The translations under genes and the position numbers were made by a program. Below the pieces are notes generated by a model that searched no databases, was not told the DNA's origin, and saw nothing but the letters and a program-made list of their open reading frames with translations. A stretch of DNA of 64,000 bases from a virus: the IMG/VR virus record IMGVR_UViG_3300038441_000458, positions 4,199-68,198 of that record. One strand, given 5' to 3'. This document shows, piece after piece, positions 37,870 to 44,696 of this stretch. How positions within the stretch are numbered: position 1 is the stretch's first letter; the number at the start of each line of letters is the position of its first letter.

Positions 37870-38307
37870 ATGGAGAAGGACCCATACACCGAACTCGGCG
37901 AGGACGCGCTTGAACTGATCCTCTTTGCTGAGAATCATGGACCACTGAACGCAGACCGCGAGCGCATCCTGCGGCTGCTGATGGGCGACTACGAACGCGG
38001 CAACTACAGCACCTACCGCGCGAGCCTGTTGTGGAAGCAGCACCTGAACCGCCAGCGCCAGGCCTACCGCCACACCATGAAGGCTCCGATGTTCTTCGTC
38101 GCCTTGTCGGCAGAGGACCAGGAGCCGACCAGGATCGAGTTCGCGGAACTGGTCGAGTGGTTGGAGAAGCACGAACGCATCCTTATCGAAAACGGTGAGT
38201 ACGACCACCTGCGCAAGCAGCGCGGGTTCAGTGGGAGGAGGATCAAGCTACGTGCGGAGGCGCGCAAGCGCCAGGAGAAGATTCGCTGGCAACCAGTACG
38301 CACCTGA
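37870..38307 (+). CDS. Hypothetical protein
   Basis: AGGAG RBS. Confidence 0.65.
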   Translation: MEKDPYTELGEDALELILFAENHGPLNADRERILRLLMGDYERGNYSTYRASLLWKQHLNRQRQAYRHTMKAPMFFVALSAEDQEPTRIEFAELVEWLEKHERILIENGEYDHLRKQRGFSGRRIKLRAEARKRQEKIRWQPVRT

Positions 38308-38320
38308 AAGGAACACACGA

Positions 38321-38683
38321 ATGGGCAAGCAGGCACGCACACTCATCCTCGCGACGATCATCACCATCACGGCCGTCTTCGGAGGATTCCAGCCCGGAGC
38401 GCCAGCCCTTGCGGCAAGCTGTAGCGGAACGCCAGTGGCCGGGAGCGGTGTGGCGATTGCGAACGTCGCCTGCACCAGCACGACCAGCGTTCGCGTCTGT
38501 CTCCACCAGGACGGCTACCTCGTCGGCTGCACCTACCGCAGCGTGATCGGATTCAAGACCGTCTCCATCGCGCCAGGCTGTTGGGCGACCAGCGCGAGTC
38601 ACCGGTTCCAATCGACCCTTGCGTTCAACGGCGTTCACTACGCGAGCAGCGGGTACAAGTACGCAGCGATGAGTTGCCGCTAG
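38321..38683 (+). CDS. Secreted Cys-rich protein
   Basis: Signal peptide ending PALA; six Cys in the mature part. Confidence 0.7.
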   Translation: MGKQARTLILATIITITAVFGGFQPGAPALAASCSGTPVAGSGVAIANVACTSTTSVRVCLHQDGYLVGCTYRSVIGFKTVSIAPGCWATSASHRFQSTLAFNGVHYASSGYKYAAMSCR

Positions 38684-38709
38684 ACCGCGAGAACCAGGAC
38701 CAGAGGACC

Positions 38710-38744
38710 AGCCCGGAAGCACAACGCTTCCGGGCTCTCTTGTG
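38710..38744 (+). terminator. Putative intrinsic terminator
   Basis: AGCCCGGAAGC-N5-GCTTCCGGGCT then CTCTTGTG; near-identical to the 44484 hairpin. Confidence 0.6.
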
Positions 38745-38763
38745 CCCAAAACCCGTCGACGAA

Positions 38764-38858
38764 AACACTTGACAACAGGATACGCTACCCCCATACTTCA
38801 CTCATTGGAACTGGGGAGCGGGAAGGACCTGCTGGCCGGAACCGGAAGGGCAAACACC
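38764..38858 (+). promoter_or_regulatory. Repeated promoter-leader cassette 10
   Basis: TTGACA-N17-CATACT, agcggg-AAGGA-cctgct, GAAGGGCAA. Confidence 0.85.
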
Positions 38859-39173
38859 ATGAGCGAGCACCGCGATCAGGCTGAGGACCAGGACGGCGTT
38901 CGGACCGGAAGCTACCGCTGCACCTGCATGGGCGTCCTCGGCGAGTGCGAGCGATGCGGCGGCTGCGGCTACCGCACGATCACGATCCACGCCAGCGACC
39001 CGGTGAGCATCGTCGTCACCTTCCCGGATGATTCGTTCATCTCCGAGGACGTTCCGGCTGGCCGGGTACGCACGACGATCACCCGCTGGCTGGCGGAGAC
39101 GAACGCGATCCGGGCGACATGGTTCGTCGGCGACCACGGTCGAGCGGTCTACCCGGAGTGGGTCGGCCGCTAA
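38859..39173 (+). CDS. Hypothetical Zn-finger protein (cassette gene)
   Basis: CTC...CERCGGCG. Confidence 0.7.
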   Translation: MSEHRDQAEDQDGVRTGSYRCTCMGVLGECERCGGCGYRTITIHASDPVSIVVTFPDDSFISEDVPAGRVRTTITRWLAETNAIRATWFVGDHGRAVYPEWVGR

Positions 39174-39228
39174 CACGCAACGGAGCCGGTCAGCGTTGGC
39201 CGGCTCACCACACAGAAGGGCAAGCACG

Positions 39229-39561
39229 ATGACGACCAGGATTCAGCGACACGCACCGAAGCGCTCTGAGACGCCGCAGGATCGCCCACAGCACGTCGGA
39301 ATGAGCATGGGCAGCACATTACCCACACCAGGCGGCACGCAGGGCATCACGGTCTGCCTGCGAGACGACAACGGCGCTATGCGAACTAGTTGGTACACGG
39401 TGCCGCAGGACGAAGGCGATCAGATGCACGAAGACTTCACCCGGTGGCAGGAGGCGAACGGAGAGCACGAACCAGGCTACGGCTACATGGTGCCGATGAG
39501 CGCGGCGCAGGCATGGTTCCGCGAGCGGTTGCGGAGCGTCACGGATAAGGAGCGGTTGTGA
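39229..39561 (+). CDS. Hypothetical protein (cassette gene)
   Basis: Behind hairpin 39183 and GAAGGGCAA. Confidence 0.7.
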   Translation: MTTRIQRHAPKRSETPQDRPQHVGMSMGSTLPTPGGTQGITVCLRDDNGAMRTSWYTVPQDEGDQMHEDFTRWQEANGEHEPGYGYMVPMSAAQAWFRERLRSVTDKERL

Positions 39562-39824
39562 TCGAGTTACGGATGAAGCGCCAGGTGAAGGGTGGCGAGC
39601 CCGTCGAGGAGACGGTGGAGACCTTGCGACACACGTGGGCGGCTGCGGCCGTCTTGACCAGGATTCAGACAGCGTTCACGATCATGGAGTACCAGACGAT
39701 GCTCGACACGGAGGACATGCTCATCATGGCGAGCGAGCACGAAGTTGTCGTCGTGACCAGGAACGGAGCAGGCGACGAAACCACGCTGGAACCAGCCGAA
39801 ATATCCGTTCTTGAAAACACTTGA
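39558..39824 (+). CDS. Hypothetical protein
   Basis: TAAGGAG RBS, GTGA overlap; stop lies in the next -35 box. Confidence 0.65.
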   Translation: MIELRMKRQVKGGEPVEETVETLRHTWAAAAVLTRIQTAFTIMEYQTMLDTEDMLIMASEHEVVVVTRNGAGDETTLEPAEISVLENT

Positions 39825-39952
39825 CAACTAGTACGTTAGGCCCCATGATTCATTCAACAAGTTCAGGGTGGCCGGATGGACCGGCTCCCAACACCACGCT
39901 GGCGGCGACCTTGCCGCCAGCACCACTCACTCCCGGAAAGGGGATCACCACC
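39816..39952 (+). promoter_or_regulatory. Repeated promoter-leader cassette 11 (with an extra hairpin)
   Basis: TTGACA-N17-CATGAT, gccgg-ATGGA-ccggc, extra GCTGGCGGC..GCCGCCAGC stem. Confidence 0.8.
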
Positions 39953-40255
39953 ATGATCACGCTCACCATCACCACCGCCAACGGCCACCAGTCCACCCGT
40001 ATGTACGGTGACGACCTCGACCAGGCGGAGGAGGCGTATGCCGAATTCCTGTGCCAGCGAGCGGCTGGCGCAACGGTCCTCGACCTTCGCGATGCCGAAG
40101 GCGACAAGATCGCCGGGTACGATGCCCAGAGCGGCATCCTGTCCTCTCACGAATCGTGGGAATACTTCCTGCGCAAGTGGGACCGCGAGTCCTTGGAGGC
40201 GCGCCAGAAGGTGCGCCAGGAGTTCGGGCGAGCGGTGGCCGTAGCCACCGCATAG
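39953..40255 (+). CDS. Hypothetical protein (cassette gene)
   Basis: ORF behind the leader. Confidence 0.7.
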   Translation: MITLTITTANGHQSTRMYGDDLDQAEEAYAEFLCQRAAGATVLDLRDAEGDKIAGYDAQSGILSSHESWEYFLRKWDRESLEARQKVRQEFGRAVAVATA

Positions 40256-40296
40256 CGCGCCAGCGAGCGCCAGCGAGCGCCAGGAAGGAAACGATC

Positions 40297-40857
40297 ATGG
40301 GCTTGTGCCAGGTGACAGAAGTTCGGGCGGCGAAGAAGGATCAGGGCAAGTGCGGGAAGTGCGGCCAGGCGTTGCCAGCAGGAAGCTCGTACCGCTGGTG
40401 GAAGGGTCGGTTCGGCCCGAAGCACGTGCGGTGCGTCGGGTGCAAGGTCGAGGACTGGGAGCGCGAGACCAACCCGCTGCGAGCCGAACATATGCAGGCG
40501 GATGAGACGCTCGGGCTGGTGGAGCGAGACGTGGACGTGGCCGATCCGAGCGGTGCGGCCGTTCACCTGCGAGACGCGATCAGCGCAACGGAGAGCATCG
40601 TTGACACGCTGACCGAACGACTGGATGGGTGGAGCGGAACCGGGCTCGAGAACAGCGAGCAGTACAGCGCAACGGAGACCACGCGCGACGAACTGCAACA
40701 GTGGATCGACGACGCAGAGAGCGCAGCCGATGAGCTCGAAGGGATGGAGCAGCCAGACAGCGCAGACGATGAGGAGGCGTGGGAGGAGTGGGAGAAGGAA
40801 ATCCGGGACGCCTACGACGCGCTGCCGGAGTATCCACCGCTGGACCTTGGCGCATGA
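40297..40857 (+). CDS. Zn-ribbon plus acidic helical protein
   Basis: CGKCG...CVGC then a highly acidic C-terminal half. Confidence 0.7.
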   Translation: MGLCQVTEVRAAKKDQGKCGKCGQALPAGSSYRWWKGRFGPKHVRCVGCKVEDWERETNPLRAEHMQADETLGLVERDVDVADPSGAAVHLRDAISATESIVDTLTERLDGWSGTGLENSEQYSATETTRDELQQWIDDAESAADELEGMEQPDSADDEEAWEEWEKEIRDAYDALPEYPPLDLGA

Positions 40858-41186
40858 ACCTGCACGACAGAGTCGCCTTGCAGCGGATCGTCGGGGAGTG
40901 GGCGGCTGAGACCTTCCCTGACGACACCAGAGACACCATCAGCGCGAGCATCCGCCAGGAGTCCCAGAATCTCCGCCAGGCGGTGTTGAACGCCAGGACG
41001 GCACCAGCACCCATCGACCCGCCATTCAACACGGAGATAGCCCGCAGCGTGAGCACGATGTACCTGCTGCTGCTGCGCCTTGCCGATAAGGAAGGATTCA
41101 GCCTCCACCACGAAGCGATCCTGCGGCACGCGCTACACACAATGACGACGCCGAAACCGGCGACCACGGAGGACCAGGCGACATGA
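40854..41186 (+). CDS. MazG-like (dNTP pyrophosphatase fold) protein, degenerate
   Basis: LQRIVGEWAAETFP...LLLLRLADKEGFSL. Confidence 0.5.
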   Translation: MNLHDRVALQRIVGEWAAETFPDDTRDTISASIRQESQNLRQAVLNARTAPAPIDPPFNTEIARSVSTMYLLLLRLADKEGFSLHHEAILRHALHTMTTPKPATTEDQAT

Positions 41187-41419
41187 ACATCATCCTGCGA
41201 GGAGCGAAACCACCGAAGTATTCGTGGATCGGGAAGTGGCAGATCACGGACTGCCACACGGTCGTCGAGTTGACCGAAGACGACGTTGACGCGGTGAAGG
41301 AAATCGATGGTGGCTACAACCAGCGACCAGACATGAAGATCATGTGCCCGGTCTGCGAGGAGTGGCAGTACGCCAAACGCTACTACCCGCCAGAATATGA
41401 GGACCAGTACGGCCGCTAA
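41183..41419 (+). CDS. Hypothetical Zn-ribbon protein
   Basis: DCH...CPVC. Confidence 0.6.
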   Translation: MNIILRGAKPPKYSWIGKWQITDCHTVVELTEDDVDAVKEIDGGYNQRPDMKIMCPVCEEWQYAKRYYPPEYEDQYGR

Positions 41420-41434
41420 ATATTCGTCGACGAA

Positions 41435-41532
41435 AACACTTGACAACGGACGCGCCAGGCCCCATGATTAAGGAGTTGAAGCGAGTCGGGCCGGATGGAC
41501 CGGGCGACGAAGCTCACGAAGGGCAAGCGACC
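41435..41532 (+). promoter_or_regulatory. Repeated promoter-leader cassette 12
   Basis: TTGACA-N17-CATGAT, ccgg-ATGGA-ccgg, GAAGGGCAA. Confidence 0.85.
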
Positions 41533-41775
41533 ATGACACTCATCAACAATCACATCGACAGCGAAGCGGCGAAGGCGAAGATCGAGGAACTGAAGGTTGA
41601 GCTTCAGGCGATCTACAACGCGGCAGACCGCGACTACGACATGATCTGGGCGAAGATGAGCGCCAACACGGACATGGACCCGGTCGAATGGACTGCGCTT
41701 CAGGAGCAGATGAACGCAGCGATCCAGATCATGCTCTTGGCGCAGGCGGCAGGAGCGAAGCGGTTTACGGTCTAG
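41533..41775 (+). CDS. Hypothetical protein (cassette gene)
   Basis: ORF behind the leader. Confidence 0.7.
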   Translation: MTLINNHIDSEAAKAKIEELKVELQAIYNAADRDYDMIWAKMSANTDMDPVEWTALQEQMNAAIQIMLLAQAAGAKRFTV

Positions 41776-41829
41776 AGACCACGAAGGGGAGCCCGGAGAC
41801 GGGCTCCCTCACCACGAAGGGCAAACGAC

Positions 41830-42201
41830 ATGTGGCACAAAAATCGGCAGTGGAACATCACGGACGCGCTGAACAGCGCGACGCTGGCATTCGACATGAC
41901 CCGGATTGACTGGACGCTCTGCACGGCATGGAGGCTCCCAACGAAGGAAGGCAACCTCCTGTTCCTGAACGACAGCCTGAGCGAGGACGGCGCGGTGGAG
42001 TACGGCGTGGTCCATGAGGAGACGCTAATCCAGATCGAGAGCCTGACCATTCGCGACCAGGAGCAGGCGGCGCGGCTGATCCAGCAGACGGTCGAGACGT
42101 TCGAGGAGAAGGGTCCACTCGGCAGCATCGTCACGGACGTTCCGCAAGTGGCACAGTGGCAACTGACGACACACGGCGAACGCTGCTACTTCTGCGCGTA
42201 G
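41830..42201 (+). CDS. Hypothetical protein (cassette gene)
   Basis: Behind hairpin 41787 and GAAGGGCAA; LFLNDSLSEDGAVEYGV. Confidence 0.75.
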   Translation: MWHKNRQWNITDALNSATLAFDMTRIDWTLCTAWRLPTKEGNLLFLNDSLSEDGAVEYGVVHEETLIQIESLTIRDQEQAARLIQQTVETFEEKGPLGSIVTDVPQVAQWQLTTHGERCYFCA

Positions 42202-42252
42202 GACACGACCAGAGCCGGTCACGTTGGCCGGCTCACCACGAAGGGCAAGAAC

Positions 42253-42465
42253 ATGGGAGCATTAAATCGCCGGTCGGAGGAGTTGACTGACGTTCACGTT
42301 GAGTGGATCGCACCAGAGGAGCGGGATCATCCGGCCGATGAATTCCGGGTGGCGAAGGAGAGCGGAGCCATATACCTTGCGACCAGGAAGGAAGTCGAGA
42401 CGTTCGCGGATTCGCTTCAGGCGTTGCTCGACATGACGAAGGACACGACCAATGGCAAGCGTTGA
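42253..42465 (+). CDS. Hypothetical protein (cassette gene)
   Basis: Behind hairpin 42212 and GAAGGGCAA. Confidence 0.65.
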   Translation: MGALNRRSEELTDVHVEWIAPEERDHPADEFRVAKESGAIYLATRKEVETFADSLQALLDMTKDTTNGKR

Positions 42466-42829
42466 CCTGCGGCAGACCATCGAGCGCGCGTGCGTCCTCC
42501 TGGTCCGGGAAGTGGACGCGCGAGGAGAGCCGACCAGCGACCGCGAGGCGTACGCGACCAGGCACCTGCACTACCTCCTCGACGAAGGGCTCAGCTTCCT
42601 TGCCCTTGCGGAACGCGGCGCAACGAACGACACCATCATCGAGCGCGGCTGGCGCGACACGGAGGCGCACCGTATGGCATACCAGGATCGGAGCCAGGCG
42701 ACACCAGCGGAGCGCGAGCGCGTGCGAATCATGGCCCGCAACCTGTTCCGAGCCCAACCGGTCGTCATGAAAATTGGTCCCCGTAAACACTTGACAACGC
42801 GAACCGCAGGCCCCATACTTCGATCATAA
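42452..42829 (+). CDS. Hypothetical protein
   Basis: AAGGA RBS; C-terminus reads through the next promoter. Confidence 0.55.
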   Translation: MASVDLRQTIERACVLLVREVDARGEPTSDREAYATRHLHYLLDEGLSFLALAERGATNDTIIERGWRDTEAHRMAYQDRSQATPAERERVRIMARNLFRAQPVVMKIGPRKHLTTRTAGPILRS

Positions 42830-42881
42830 GGTTGAGGCGGGAGGAGGGACCTTCCACCGAAGACCACGAAGGGCAAGCGAC
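42786..42881 (+). promoter_or_regulatory. Repeated promoter-leader cassette 13
   Basis: TTGACA-N17-CATACT, AGGTTGAGG, gggagg-AGGGA-ccttcc, GAAGGGCAA. Confidence 0.85.
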
Positions 42882-43067
42882 ATGAGCAACCAGACAGTCA
42901 CCTGCGGCAAGTGCGAAGACGAAGGCATCATCGTTTGGGTCGTCCCGACCACGCTGGAGAATCCAGAAGGCATCGACTACCGCTACTGCGATTGCAAGAT
43001 CGGCGAGGAGCGAGACTCGGTGGACCAGAATGACGGGTTCGACGCGTGGGACCGCACGCAGGACTAG
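42882..43067 (+). CDS. Small Zn-binding protein (cassette gene)
   Basis: CGKC...CDC. Confidence 0.7.
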   Translation: MSNQTVTCGKCEDEGIIVWVVPTTLENPEGIDYRYCDCKIGEERDSVDQNDGFDAWDRTQD

Positions 43068-43116
43068 CAGCAACGGGAGCCGGGAAACCGGCTCCCTCAC
43101 CAGAAGGGCAAGCGAT

Positions 43117-43611
43117 ATGACCAGAAGGGCACCAGAGGACGTTATCACCTACGCGATAGCGCGCCAGGCGGCACAACGGATGCGCGACGAATGCGAATCA
43201 GGCTCGGAGAAGCTACACGAAGACTGGCTCACCGATCTGGTGTTCCTCGGAGCGTTGACCGTCCAGACGATCATCGACGAAACGAAGCAGCGCATGGCGG
43301 AGGAGCAGGATGAGTACATGAAGGCGCTGGTCGGCGACCGCCAGATAGTCGCGAAGCTCTTCCCGCCGATGAAGGACGGCGAGACCATCGAAGGCTACGA
43401 CTGGTATCACGGTACGATGCAGCCAGGCGACCGGTTCAAACCGCGAGCGATCTACGTCGAGCAGAATGTGTGGGGTGGAGACGGCGTGGCAGGCATCCAG
43501 AAGCGATGCGCCTATCGAAGCAGCGGCACATGGAAGCTGTTGCCCATAGAGGACGATCCGAACGCGTACGACGCCTACCGGCACGGCAACGGACCAGGCC
43601 AGAACGCTTGA
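43117..43611 (+). CDS. Hypothetical protein (cassette gene)
   Basis: Behind hairpin 43075 and GAAGGGCAA. Confidence 0.7.
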   Translation: MTRRAPEDVITYAIARQAAQRMRDECESGSEKLHEDWLTDLVFLGALTVQTIIDETKQRMAEEQDEYMKALVGDRQIVAKLFPPMKDGETIEGYDWYHGTMQPGDRFKPRAIYVEQNVWGGDGVAGIQKRCAYRSSGTWKLLPIEDDPNAYDAYRHGNGPGQNA

Positions 43612-43637
43612 CAACGGAGCCACCCGGAGGCGAGAAT
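43608..43637 (+). promoter_or_regulatory. Promoter of the tRNA cluster
   Basis: TTGACA-N18-GAGAAT immediately before tRNA-Leu. Confidence 0.55.
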
Positions 43638-43646
43638 GTCCGGGAT

Positions 43647-43723
43647 GCGTCTTTAGCCCAATTGGCAGAGGCGACCGCTTCAAAGGCGGTAGGTTCCAGG
43701 TTCGAATCCTGGAAGACGCACCA
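43647..43723 (+). tRNA. tRNA-Leu(CAA), short variable loop
   Basis: GCGTCTT/AAGACGC acceptor, ACCGC-TTCAAAG-GCGGT, GGTTCGAATCC, ACCA end. Confidence 0.85.
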
Positions 43724-43794
43724 GGTGGTTGTAGTCGGAAACGATTCCCACCGAAGACCAGCGGGGAGTTGTTTGCCCTTCGACCCGCTGGCAT

Positions 43795-43877
43795 GGATGG
43801 TGACTGGCAGGACGAAGACACCCGCTTGAAACGGGCTGGCCCACCAGGGCTCCAGGGTTCGATTCCCTGACCATCCT
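43795..43877 (+). tRNA. tRNA-Ser(TGA), long variable arm, atypical D-arm
   Basis: GGATGGT/ACCATCC acceptor, CCCG-CTTGAAA-CGGG, GCCC-ACCA-GGGC variable arm, CAGGG-TTCGATT-CCCTG. Confidence 0.75.
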
Positions 43878-43895
43878 CCGCTGACGAATAGGCGA

Positions 43896-43969
43896 AGTCC
43901 CGTAGCTCAACAGGGAGAGCACTGGTTGAAAGACACCAGAGGCACCAGGCTCAACACCTGGCGGGTGAT
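43896..43969 (+). pseudogene. Degenerate tRNA-like element
   Basis: TAGCTC..GAGC D-arm, CTGGT/ACCAG stem with 8-nt loop, CCAGG-CTCAACA-CCTGG; only 4 acceptor pairs. Confidence 0.55.
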
Positions 43970-44011
43970 GCAAGTACGTCAATCCTGAATCAGCCAGGAT
44001 AGTCGGCGACA

Positions 44012-44084
44012 CGGTGTCTGGCCCAATTGGCAGGGCACCCGGTTTGGGACCGGGAGATTGCAGGTTCGAGCCCTGCGACGCCGA
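44012..44084 (+). tRNA. tRNA-Pro(TGG)
   Basis: CGGTGTC/GACGCCG acceptor, CCCGG-TTTGGGA-CCGGG, GCAGG-TTCGAGC-CCTGC. Confidence 0.85.
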
Positions 44085-44190
44085 CCGGGAAGGGTTCCAT
44101 CCTCCCTTCCCACACCGCAGGCGGAACCAAGCGCCATCTGCGGCGAGCCCGGAACAGGGTAACTTGACCCTTCCCCCGGTCCGGGCTCAT

Positions 44191-44263
44191 GCCAGTGAAG
44201 CTCATGAGGATGAGCGGCTGTTTTGTAAACAGCAGGTAGCGGGTTCGATTCCTGCGACTGGCT
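44191..44263 (+). tRNA. tRNA-Thr(TGT)
   Basis: GCCAGT/ACTGGC acceptor, GCTGT-TTTGTAA-ACAGC, GCGGG-TTCGATT-CCTGC. Confidence 0.85.
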
Positions 44264-44395
44264 CCGGCGATGCGCGAGGATTAGATTCGACCCTGCCTCG
44301 CGAGCAGCCGAACGGGAGCGGCAGGGATTGTTGTCATGACTTTATTTGCAGAGTTCATGGTGGGCGGCGATCCCTGCTCAACCCGTTACCCGCGA

Positions 44396-44481
44396 GGACC
44401 GGCACACTCATTGGCGAGAGTAGCTGGCTGTAAACCAGTGGCGCACGCGCTTTGGCGGTTCGATTCCGTCCCGATCCACCA
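44396..44481 (+). tRNA. tRNA-Tyr(GTA)
   Basis: GCTGG-CTGTAAA-CCAGT, long variable arm, GGCGG-TTCGATT-CCGTC, ACCA end; one acceptor mismatch. Confidence 0.8.
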
Positions 44482-44483
44482 CC

Positions 44484-44517
44484 GAGCCCGGAAGCATTGC
44501 TTCCGGGCTCTTTGCTT
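44484..44517 (+). terminator. Intrinsic terminator after the tRNA cluster
   Basis: GAGCCCGGAAGCA-T-TGCTTCCGGGCTC then TTTGCTT. Confidence 0.75.
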
Positions 44518-44696
44518 GCCCGCCAGCGAGCGGAACCACCGCACCCTACCCAACCACCCCAAAACAGCCGAACAAACGCACCCTGGACCGCTCAGCGCGT
44601 TCAGGGTCATTACGTCCCGCACCTTGCCCGAACGCTAGACGGCAGGGTGCGACCGCTTATACGCTCATGGCACGTTAGCAGCGAGGAGCGGAGGCT

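Noticed and set aside
34694-43611. CRISPR array or integron interpretation of the repeats
   Set aside because: The intervals between repeats are whole genes of variable length. No cas or tyrosine-recombinase gene is visible, and the hairpins lack attC RYYYAAC/GTTRRRY ends.
43676-43690. Opal-suppressor or Sec tRNA (TCA anticodon)
   Set aside because: The only perfect stem (ACCGC/GCGGT) centres the loop on CAA, i.e. Leu.
44336-44360. tRNA-Cys (GCA in TTTGCAGA)
   Set aside because: No D- or T-arm or acceptor stem; it is the apex of a long hairpin.
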